Shown piece after piece: positions 1 to 7,479 of a stretch of 45,559 bases of DNA; position 1 is the first letter of the stretch; every line of letters starts with the position of its first letter. The position numbers and the translations under genes are program-made. Location: contig JANBVM010000002.1 of the NCBI GenBank assembly GCA_024239015.1, positions 8,204 to 53,762 of the forward strand, read 5' to 3'. The stretch is from Patescibacteria group bacterium (GTDB lineage: Bacteria; Patescibacteriota; Minisyncoccia; Minisyncoccales; JANBVM01). The notes beneath the pieces are model-generated. The model was not told where the DNA came from and did no database searches. It saw nothing but the letters and a program-made list of their open reading frames with translations.

Positions 1-1
1 T

Positions 2-184
2 TACCCATTGAGAGTATGGAACAAAAACATCTATAATGCATGGCAACTATATGGTCATTCTCATGGAACCCTCAATCCTCTAAGACACCAATATGATGTA
101 GGGATTGATAACAATAATTTTTACCCCATATCTTGTCAAGAACTTATTACAATTATGAATGTTATGAATAATGATACTATGTAA
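2..184 (+). CDS. 3' fragment of a calcineurin-like metallophosphoesterase (COG4186-like); N-terminus is outside the window
   Basis: My translation of frame 2 is YPLRVWNKNIYNAWQLYGHSHGTLNPLRHQYDVGIDNNNFYPISCQELITIMNVMNNDTM*. It has the terminal GH(S/T)H metal-binding motif followed by a DVGID..F.PIS tail typical of this family. The frame is open to the window edge, with TAA at 182-184. Confidence 0.5.
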   Translation, partial: YPLRVWNKNIYNAWQLYGHSHGTLNPLRHQYDVGIDNNNFYPISCQELITIMNVMNNDTM

Positions 185-294
185 GATAATCTTGAGAATT
201 TTTTTTTCTGAATAAATTAATAGAGGTTAAAAGGATATGGAAAAAAAAGTGAACTTAAAAAGAAATTTTTATGCATTTATACTAGTGGGGCTTC

Positions 295-345
295 TCGGGG
301 AAATCCTCGACTCGCAGCATATAGATTCGTTTTGGTAAATGCTGC
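295..345 (-). other. Two adjacent stem-loops downstream of tnpB/RHH (candidate IS end or guide-RNA scaffold piece)
   Basis: The stems are tcgggg-aaat-cctcga (295-310, 6 bp with one G:U) and gcagcat-N18-atgctgc (314-345, 7 bp perfect). They sit in an otherwise AT-rich spacer. Confidence 0.3.
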
Positions 346-402
346 AAAATTAATTCATCAAAATAGTTTTTTTGCTGGAAGAGCTATTAAATAATGAGTA
401 GA

Positions 403-630
403 CTATTTTTCTAAACCCTTTTGGAAAATATCTCGAAGAATCTCTACGAAATCGACATTTCCTTCAGTTTTCATCTTATGTAGTTTTTGGTAGATGTTAT
501 TATTAAGAAATACTTCTAAAATTTCACTTATTATTCCTGAAGTCGTTTTTCCTTCTTCATCCTCCAAATTAAGTAATTTTCTATATAACTCTTTGCTTAA
601 AGACATAGAGAAACCTGGTAATTTAACCAC
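403..630 (-). CDS. Ribbon-helix-helix (CopG/Arc-like) DNA-binding protein
   Basis: The N-terminal pattern is FSMSLSKELYRKLLNLEDEEGKTTSGIISEILEVFL, which reads as beta-strand, helix, G-x-[ST] turn, helix as in RHH proteins. The stop is TAG. Confidence 0.6.
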   Translation of the reverse strand: MVKLPGFSMSLSKELYRKLLNLEDEEGKTTSGIISEILEVFLNNNIYQKLHKMKTEGNVDFVEILRDIFQKGLEK

Positions 631-688
631 TTTTTCCTTATTTTTTACTTGGATATTATTTAATATTACCTCAGACTATTAAAATGAG

Positions 689-1918
689 TTAAATTATACC
701 CATTTTGTTGAAAATAATATTATCAGTAATATTTTGCTGAATTATTTTTGGCATTAGTCCGAATGCCTCTATCCCATCCCCCGAAACGGCATTTGGGAAT
801 GCTTTTTTCATGATATTATATGCTCCATTTATATCGGCATTAACTATCTTCCCTTTAGAAGTTTCAAACAACCCCCTTGAAATTCTTTTTCCTACATACT
901 TTTTATGTTTTTTGATAGATTCGTTATCCAAGAAAGAACATTTAGAAGTGTAAGATTCTTTAACACGATGAACTTGAATTCCTTTTAATAATGCTTTATA
1001 TTCGATCTTTTTTACCAATTTTAAGAAAGGGACTTGCACAAAGTTCTGATTATTCATTTTACCAATATTAATTTTCTGCTTCCAACCATGATTATACCCT
1101 ATTACAATTGTTCCAATATTATTATGAATACAATAATCAATGACATTCTTGGAGATTCGATGAAATAACGTATTTATCTTATTGTTTCGGATTAAGTGTA
1201 ACCTTTGGATTCGCTTAGTGTCAGTAAAATTACCTTTCTTATTTTCAATACTCCTATAATATGCTACCTGCTTGTTATAATATTGATTTATAGATTTTAT
1301 CATCCCACCTTTAATAATAAATGGCCTACATCCATTATTATTTACTGCAGTTATGAGATTATTTAATCCTAAATCAATTGCTAAAACATGATTTTGGTTT
1401 AATCCTAAGTCCTTTTCTTCTTTTTCATATACAATTTCAACTTTATATTTTATCCCTAATGGGATAATCCTTACTTCTTTTAGCCTTTCTGTAATTCTTG
1501 TTTTAATTGGGTTAATATTTACTCTATTTGGAAAGTGTAAATATCCTTGTTTTATCTTGCATTGCTGATTGGTGAAAATTACTACAGATTCGCCGTTTTT
1601 CCTTTTATATCCCGGGATTCTGGGATTTTTCTTAAATTTTTTTCTATTTTGTTTATATTCTTTAAGAGCTTTAAAATAAGATTTCCAATTTCTATTGACG
1701 TATTTGAGGATTTGCTGTGCAGTTTGAGAAGGAAGGTTCTGATATGCTTGTTTATGTTTCAGAATGAAATCTAAATCATAATAGGTTAAAATATTATTAA
1801 GATTAAAGAGATCCTGTCTTATATACCAATTAGCTAAATTGTAAAGGTTTTTAGCTAAATGACATACTTTTGACATTTCTATTGAAGGTTTTACGCAGAT
1901 AACTTCAGTTAATCTCAA
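689..1918 (-). CDS. tnpB: TnpB (IS200/IS605 OrfB) RNA-guided nuclease-type transposon protein
   Basis: 409 aa. RuvC-I is LAIDLGLNNLITAV. The segment GTIVIGYNHGWKQKINIGKMNNQNF...VKESYTSKCSFLD carries the RuvC-II glutamate within the YTSK motif. RuvC-III is IVNADINGAYNIMKK. Confidence 0.9.
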   Translation of the reverse strand: MRLTEVICVKPSIEMSKVCHLAKNLYNLANWYIRQDLFNLNNILTYYDLDFILKHKQAYQNLPSQTAQQILKYVNRNWKSYFKALKEYKQNRKKFKKNPRIPGYKRKNGESVVIFTNQQCKIKQGYLHFPNRVNINPIKTRITERLKEVRIIPLGIKYKVEIVYEKEEKDLGLNQNHVLAIDLGLNNLITAVNNNGCRPFIIKGGMIKSINQYYNKQVAYYRSIENKKGNFTDTKRIQRLHLIRNNKINTLFHRISKNVIDYCIHNNIGTIVIGYNHGWKQKINIGKMNNQNFVQVPFLKLVKKIEYKALLKGIQVHRVKESYTSKCSFLDNESIKKHKKYVGKRISRGLFETSKGKIVNADINGAYNIMKKAFPNAVSGDGIEAFGLMPKIIQQNITDNIIFNKMGII

Positions 1919-2114
1919 ATCTTCTCATTTCTTTAATTTTTGCTTAAATATTCTTTCAAACCTACCTATTTAAATAAAAAGTTAAATTTAGAGGGTGAAA
2001 TAAATTATGATTTTTCAGATCTAACCAATAATTTAATTCCCGGATAAAATGATCTATTTGAAGAGATTAATTAAAAATATTTTGTTCACTAAAGATTAAG
2101 AATATAGTTTCCTA

Positions 2115-2405
2115 TTATGATATTTTTTCAATATCAACATTGAAGACATCCCCAACATTTATATCCAATACTTCCAAGCGTTTTTTCTTTATTGTTACTG
2201 CTAATGAATTTCCTGATTTTATTAATTGGCCATAAAAAATCAATTGGCTTTTAATCTGCTTTAAATCTTCGCTTCCTTTAATTATTTCTAATATTGTTAA
2301 TTTTACTTGATCTTTGTGATCAAGGTCCAACTGATCTAAAATAACAGGATCGAATCTTATACCAACGGATCTTCCTATTTTTTCAATTGTTATTGTTTCT
2401 TTCAT
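2115..2405 (-). CDS. Tandem AbrB/SpoVT/MazE-type (swapped-hairpin) domain protein, single-chain
   Basis: Two AbrB-like units are present: GRSVGIRFDPVILDQLDLDHKDQVKLTI and GNSLAVTIKKKRLEVLDINVGDVFNVDIEKI. It is a paralog of 29224-29532, with the same MK[ED]T[IV]T start and NIEKI/DIEKI end. Confidence 0.6.
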   Translation of the reverse strand: MKETITIEKIGRSVGIRFDPVILDQLDLDHKDQVKLTILEIIKGSEDLKQIKSQLIFYGQLIKSGNSLAVTIKKKRLEVLDINVGDVFNVDIEKIS

Positions 2406-3015
2406 TTTTTATTCATTTTTAAACACTTGTTTTATAATAGTCTTAATTTTTATTTAAATTTTAGAATAAATCTTATTATCATATTAATTAAAATCTTTTT
2501 CAAAATTAATTATTACTTTTACTAATAAAAACATATATTTTTTCATTTTTCATTAAATTTGCTATCACTTTATATTGAAGAGCATATATTTTTATATAAT
2601 ATTATATTATTATATTAATTGACATTAAAATTCTTATCAAATTTTTAAACAAAAAATAAAGATTCAAAATAATGATAAATCAAAAGACCATGTTAACGAG
2701 TAGAAAATCACATTATTTTTGCGAATTAAAGATCGATGAGAGAATGATCGATAAAAGAAAAACTGATAATTATGAAGTCTGGAATGATGAAATAACAGAA
2801 AAAATTTATGAAGTAAACAGGTTTAAGGAAATCAAAATAATAATCAGAACTTGTAATTCTTGAAAAGTAGACTATGAGGGAATAAGAAGACGCTGAAAAT
2901 TAAAAAAAGATATGCCCTCCATTTTAATAGAAATACGGTAAGAAAAATTCATTCATTTTGCGCTGTTTTTTACATAGAAATAAACGATTTTATTGTAAAA
3001 ACTGTTGGTTCCGAT

Positions 3016-3372
3016 TTGTTCGAGATAGAGGATGACATAGATGCGGAAAGGTATGAACTCTTTATAAACTACTTCAATTTATCGGAATTGAGTGGACTCC
3101 CAGGAGATAAAGTTATTCAAGAAGCCCAAGATAAAGAATGTATAATTACGGCAAAGTTTCCTCATTTAGTCTCATTAGCAATTGAAAATATATGCAAAGC
3201 AATTCATTGGAAGCCTGAAGCATTTATCGAGGGTATAGTATCTAAGATGATAAATAGTATAATAGATGACATTAAAAAATACAAGTATGGTTTTCTTGAT
3301 TTATATAAACATTCAGAATTTTCAAAAATAGTCAAAGCGGTCAATCTAATTTATAAAAAAAAATTGTTATAA
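3016..3372 (+). CDS. Hypothetical protein (TTG start)
   Basis: 118-aa ORF with an acidic N-terminus and no recognisable motif. Confidence 0.4.
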   Translation: MFEIEDDIDAERYELFINYFNLSELSGLPGDKVIQEAQDKECIITAKFPHLVSLAIENICKAIHWKPEAFIEGIVSKMINSIIDDIKKYKYGFLDLYKHSEFSKIVKAVNLIYKKKLL

Positions 3373-3479
3373 GAAATCTAGAAGGATAAAAATGAGAAAA
3401 ATTAATGATTTAGATTTTAAATTAGGATTAAAAAATCATCTAAAAAAATTAAGTCATTTAACTTAAAGGAAGGAAGTTT

Positions 3480-3962
3480 ATGAGTACAAGGTATACTGGT
3501 GAACAAAAATCTGACGGAAGTGTAATATCCGAAGTTAAAAAGTTATTTAGAAATATTTTTTTCAATGAGTATGAGGAATCTCGCACTTTTATTATTCTCT
3601 TATGGAATAAGGAAACGTTCTTGCGTGTATTGAAGGATAAGGAGTTCAGAAAACTTTTTGATAAAGTAAAAGATTCTTTCTATTCTAAACATAATGATTT
3701 TACATCTAATATTTCAGTTATTCCGAATACAGAATTAAAAATAATTAAAAGTGGAAAGAACTATTCTGAAACCCTTACAATTTTTGTTGATTTCATGAGG
3801 TTGAAGCTTATTACTAATCTTATTGGCGAATTACTTGAAAATATAAATCCAAAAGTATTAGAGCGCATAATTGAAAACCATTACCACAGATATCTGTCAG
3901 AATTCATTCATCTCCTAACTATTAAAATTTTATTTCTTTTGCTTATCTTAAAGGGTGAATAA
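3480..3962 (+). CDS. Hypothetical protein
   Basis: 160-aa ORF preceded by an aaggaaggaag SD-like sequence. No recognisable motif. Confidence 0.45.
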   Translation: MSTRYTGEQKSDGSVISEVKKLFRNIFFNEYEESRTFIILLWNKETFLRVLKDKEFRKLFDKVKDSFYSKHNDFTSNISVIPNTELKIIKSGKNYSETLTIFVDFMRLKLITNLIGELLENINPKVLERIIENHYHRYLSEFIHLLTIKILFLLLILKGE

Positions 3963-4172
3963 ATGGGGAAAACGGAAATAAAAAAACCGACAAGTTACCT
4001 TTATTCAGGCACGGGATTTTCCTTACCCTTAAAATAAATTTCGCTTTAAAATCCAAATAAGAGAAGTCTGTATTGGTGATCTCATATAAATTTCATAAAA
4101 GAAGAAGAAGTTGGCAACAAGAAATCACATGAATTTGACTCTAAAAAGTCAAAAATTTTATTTCTTAAGAAA

Positions 4173-5420
4173 ATGGATGCTTTTTTTGACCAAAATACAT
4201 ACAAGAAATCATCATGGAAATGGTCCATTATTAAGTTTGGGAAGAGTATCAATTGGAAGATTAATTTTTCTGAAATTGATATAATTAACGGATTTAACTC
4301 AATAGAATATCAAAATCTTAGTGAAAAAACTCAACCTAGTTATAGAAGCAAGGTTTATAGCTTTGCTAAATGGTTGGGAAAAGACATAGTTGCAACTAAG
4401 TATATGTGGCGTACCAAAAGAAGATTGACGAATTTGAATTCATTTAAAAAATACATTCAACACGTTTACGACATTCTTGAGGGACATTCAAAAAGCAAGG
4501 TAAAAAATAAAGTTCCCAGCTCTCTGATGTTATACGGCGAATTTGCTAAATGGGATTTAGCGTTTGATAAATCAAGAATTTTAACCTGGTTTGAATCTGA
4601 AGGATTCAGAAGACTAAAAACTAGTACCCGATATAATTATTTACTCCGTCTTAAAAGTTTTCTTAAATTGGGGGGTAAAGAATCTCATTATTTAAAGACC
4701 TTTATCAAAAGAAAGAAAAGTGAAACTGAGGTGAAAGTAAGCAAATTCATAGAAAAAATGTGTATTTTAAGTGATGGGAAACTGATGACTCAAAAAAGAT
4801 TATTAAATGCAATAAACATATATCTTATGGAAAATGGTTTATCTATTATCACCAAAATGAAATTAACAATTTACTTAAATAAACTTGGGGTCAGACCTAA
4901 TCGGTCAACGAAGCATAAGGGATTAAAGAGCTATTTTGGGATTGATTTATCCCTCAGAGGAGAAACATTGTATGGTAATCATGAATTAGCTACCCGGAAG
5001 AAAAAACTTAATACCCTTAAGCAGATGGGGAAAAAATTAACTACCAAGGATGCTTGTGTGTTAATGAATTATGATCCTGTAGTCCAGTTCCTAAAAAGGT
5101 TCATGAATCTAAAAGAAATTAAGAAAAACTTTAATGTCCTTCATGATCTGATAAAGGGGGTCTGTAAAAGTATGTCACTACGCAGTATTACGCGCCAAGA
5201 AAAAGTGGTATTGTCTTTTATTTTATATGTCGGTATTGACTCCTATTCGCAGGAAAAGGCCTGTAATTTAGTTGGAATCCATCCCGACGCAATCAGGCGT
5301 TTTATAAAAAAAATAATACCACTATCATTGAAAATAATACGGTTGACAAAATCCAAGAAAAAGGAAGTAAGAAAATATTTTTTAGCCTTAGCGGGAAAGA
5401 ATAATTCATTGAATACGTGA
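4173..5420 (+). CDS. Multi-domain DNA-binding protein (two integrase-SAM-like N-terminal modules plus C-terminal HTH); not a recognisable recombinase
   Basis: SYRSKVYSFAKWLGK and TRYNYLLRLKSFLKLGG resemble core-binding (SAM-like) helices. The C-terminal ITRQEKVVLSFILYVGIDSYSQEKACNLVGIHPDAIRRFIKKI looks like a LuxR/sigma-r4-type HTH. No R..HxxR..Y catalytic set is seen. Confidence 0.5.
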   Translation: MDAFFDQNTYKKSSWKWSIIKFGKSINWKINFSEIDIINGFNSIEYQNLSEKTQPSYRSKVYSFAKWLGKDIVATKYMWRTKRRLTNLNSFKKYIQHVYDILEGHSKSKVKNKVPSSLMLYGEFAKWDLAFDKSRILTWFESEGFRRLKTSTRYNYLLRLKSFLKLGGKESHYLKTFIKRKKSETEVKVSKFIEKMCILSDGKLMTQKRLLNAINIYLMENGLSIITKMKLTIYLNKLGVRPNRSTKHKGLKSYFGIDLSLRGETLYGNHELATRKKKLNTLKQMGKKLTTKDACVLMNYDPVVQFLKRFMNLKEIKKNFNVLHDLIKGVCKSMSLRSITRQEKVVLSFILYVGIDSYSQEKACNLVGIHPDAIRRFIKKIIPLSLKIIRLTKSKKKEVRKYFLALAGKNNSLNT

Positions 5421-5517
5421 ACCTATCCCGTTTATGTTTAAACTTAAAGAAACCCAGCTAAGGTAATTATCCTTTTCAAATTTATAGATTTTTTTTAAAA
5501 AGGAATTATAATCTCAA

Positions 5518-6174
5518 ATGAAAGCTCGCCATAAAGATAATCTTACTGCTATTTATGGAATAGGAAGCTTTTTCGATAGAAATCTCCCGTCAACATGGAT
5601 CAAAAACGATATTGACTTAATATTAGTCGTAAAATCAATTAAGAACATCCCTAAAAAAGTATGGGATAAGAGGTTTTACCCAGAAGAGATGAAGGGATCT
5701 TCGGTATTTTCTGGTTATAATAATCTAGAAATGTACAAGAGCAAAGAAAAATTTAAGGAGTCCTCAAGTGCAAATTATGAATGGGCTATACTTGAAATAA
5801 ACAGTCCCGAAAACTCGAAATTATTATATGGAAAGGATATTGGGGATCAGTTACCTGATATAGCATCCCTTACCTTTGATTATGACGATATCTTGGCAAG
5901 AGGACTGTATCATCTTGAGAAAAGTTTACGGGAAAAGGATAGTATTGCGCTGAATGAACTTTCAAAAGCAATCCTTAAGACTGCTTTCCATATGTGTGTC
6001 TATTTTTTGGATAATTTTCATTACACTTCTGTTATTGAAATTGGCGAAAGTCTTAAGAAAATAGTAAAAATAGTTAAACCCATTAAGTATATTGAAGTTT
6101 CGATAGAAATTAATGAGGAAAGCAAAATCTCTATCTCAACAATTTTTCCGATGAATTCTGGCCAATATCTTTGA
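5518..6174 (+). CDS. Pol-beta superfamily nucleotidyltransferase (MNT/KNTase-like) with helical C-terminal domain
   Basis: AIYGIGSFFDRNLPSTWIKNDIDLILVV gives the G[GS]S...DxD NTase signature. A helical tail follows (ARGLYHLEKSLRE...AILKTAFHMCVYFL). Confidence 0.65.
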   Translation: MKARHKDNLTAIYGIGSFFDRNLPSTWIKNDIDLILVVKSIKNIPKKVWDKRFYPEEMKGSSVFSGYNNLEMYKSKEKFKESSSANYEWAILEINSPENSKLLYGKDIGDQLPDIASLTFDYDDILARGLYHLEKSLREKDSIALNELSKAILKTAFHMCVYFLDNFHYTSVIEIGESLKKIVKIVKPIKYIEVSIEINEESKISISTIFPMNSGQYL

Positions 6175-6710
6175 ATTTTTGAGTTTCGCGAGAGGCAATA
6201 TGCCCTTATAATTAGTTTTTTTAAAAATATTAATCAGACAGGTTAAAGGGTTGGAAAAAGAGATATTCTTTGTTATTAATAAATATATTAACATAATTCT
6301 CTTGATAGGTCCAAATTAAATAATGTATATATCGGAGTATCTTTCGGACGAAAACACGAAATATTTGGTTTTAGAATTTCTATTTCTTTACAGTAATACC
6401 CATCTTCGTCTTTCACACTATAAATATATCTTTTACATAACTCCGGGACACCTATCAAATCATCTTGTGTTTAATTCCAATTGTACTTTCATTTTTTTAG
6501 ATTATTCAACTTTATTATTCCATTATGCGATAGTTCTTTAATTTTCTTAAAGCGACAAAAACAGTATTTACATTGAAAATTACAATAAGGTCAGAAATGA
6601 AAAATAACACTTTCTAATACCACAAGTCAATGATTAATTATGCCTTTAAAAATGAGTGTTTAATCGCTATTTTATAAATTATTGAATGACCGTTAAAGAA
6701 TAAAGTTATA

Positions 6711-6971
6711 ATGATGAAAATCATAATAAATTTGATGAGATTAAAATTAACAAGGGAAAATTTTTCAGAAAGACAAATACAGATTTTGAATATTTTATTT
6801 GAAAAGGAGTATCAACAAAAGGAGTTACAGGAACAATTGTGTACATCTGCGCCGAATTTACATTATCATTTGAATCGATTAGAGGAATTAGACATGATAA
6901 GGAAAAAAACGCTTTATAAAGTTGGAAATGTAAAAATTAATTCGATTTCTTTGAATCCCGCAACTCGTTAG
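6711..6971 (+). CDS. ArsR/MarR-type winged-helix regulator (as delimited by TAG at 6969-6971)
   Basis: SERQIQILNILFEKEYQQKELQEQLCTSAPNLHYHLNRLEELDMIRKK reads as a wHTH with its recognition helix. A beta-wing follows (TLYKVGNVKINSISL). Confidence 0.7.
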   Translation: MMKIIINLMRLKLTRENFSERQIQILNILFEKEYQQKELQEQLCTSAPNLHYHLNRLEELDMIRKKTLYKVGNVKINSISLNPATR

Positions 6972-7454
6972 CAAGTCAGAAATATCTTAGGAAAAGAGGT
7001 AAAGAATTACACATTAATAACCGGATTTGGGTCTTTAAAGACAGGATATCGCGTTCCAGATTTAGTATTAAACATTTTAAGGAAATATAAATTTCCGATT
7101 ACTCGAACAATATGCTTTACAACTCCCGATGGTAAAGCGAAAAGGGATGACCATATAACTGACGAAAATTTAATAAAGATTGATGAATTCGTTATTCTCC
7201 CTTATAGAGAATATCGGCATACTGAATCTGAATTTTTTCAACGAATTGAAGATATTTTAAGTAAAGAAATGAAAGAAGCAGATATTATTATAGACTTAAC
7301 ACCATTGAGCAAATTATTTTCGTTTAAACTTTTAGAACTTGCTAATAAATATCTTTTACCCTGTGTCTATTTAGGAATAGATAAAAATGAGGAAGATAAG
7401 TTATTTTGGATGGGAGAAATGAGAATAGAGGGGGAAATTCAACCCTTTGTTTAA
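6972..7454 (+). other. Stop-free, same-frame continuation of the wHTH gene encoding a Rossmann/CARF(Csa3)-like domain; read-through, recoding or recent nonsense mutation
   Basis: Translating by hand from 6972 gives QVRNILGKEVKNYTLITGFGSLKTGYRVPDLVLNILRKYKFPITRTICFTTPDGKAKRDDHITDENLIKIDEFVILPYREYRHTESEFFQRIEDILSKE. This runs straight into the listed ORF at 7269-7454 (MKEADIIIDLTPLSKLFSFKLLELANKYLLPCVY...). There is no ATG, GTG or TTG in frame between 6972 and 7268. Confidence 0.55.
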
Positions 7455-7479
7455 ACAAAAATATAATTATTGAATAAAG

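Larger units (their letters stand above)
283..2000 (-). mobile_element. IS200/IS605-family, tnpB-only (IS1341-like) element; ends not determined
   Basis: Built around the intact tnpB at 689-1918. No tnpA (Y1) gene is present. A GC-enriched hairpin patch at 295-345 is a candidate right end. The boundaries are guesses. Confidence 0.35.

Noticed and set aside
494-682. ORF antisense to the RHH gene. The same applies to the other listed antisense or shadow ORFs: 1547-1774, 7865-8095, 8502-8687, 11110-11322, 13677-13859, 17859-18068, 18488-18763, 18612-19019, 21344-21535, 21641-21874, 22566-22901, 23611-23823, 25123-25392, 25930-26124, 32771-32959, 33005-33199, 33475-33705, 34661-34864, 35245-35451, 35895-36083, 39623-40030, 42447-42650 and 44371-44805.
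   Set aside because: Each lies inside or opposite a longer ORF that has recognisable motifs or operon context. Their translations are low-complexity (L/F/S/I-rich), as expected from reading AT-rich coding DNA in the wrong frame.
2672-2863. 63-aa ORF in the 2406-3015 spacer. The same applies to 6323-6541 (72 aa) and 26392-26583 (63 aa).
   Set aside because: They have no RBS-like sequence, odd composition and an isolated position in promoter-like AT-rich spacers, so I treat them as probably non-coding. In 6175-6710 a minus-strand fragment (IGVPELCKRYIYSVKDEDGYYCKEIEILKPN...) might be a gene remnant, but it is too short to call.
4173-5420. Considered a tyrosine recombinase/integrase because of SAM-like N-terminal helices.
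   Set aside because: No R...HxxR...Y catalytic constellation could be found, and the C-terminus looks like an HTH instead.
6969-6971. Pyrrolysine decoding as the default explanation for the in-frame TAG.
   Set aside because: TAG also terminates at least two well-formed predicted genes here (403-630 and 39451-39780), and no pyl genes are in the window. It is kept only as one option within the read-through finding.
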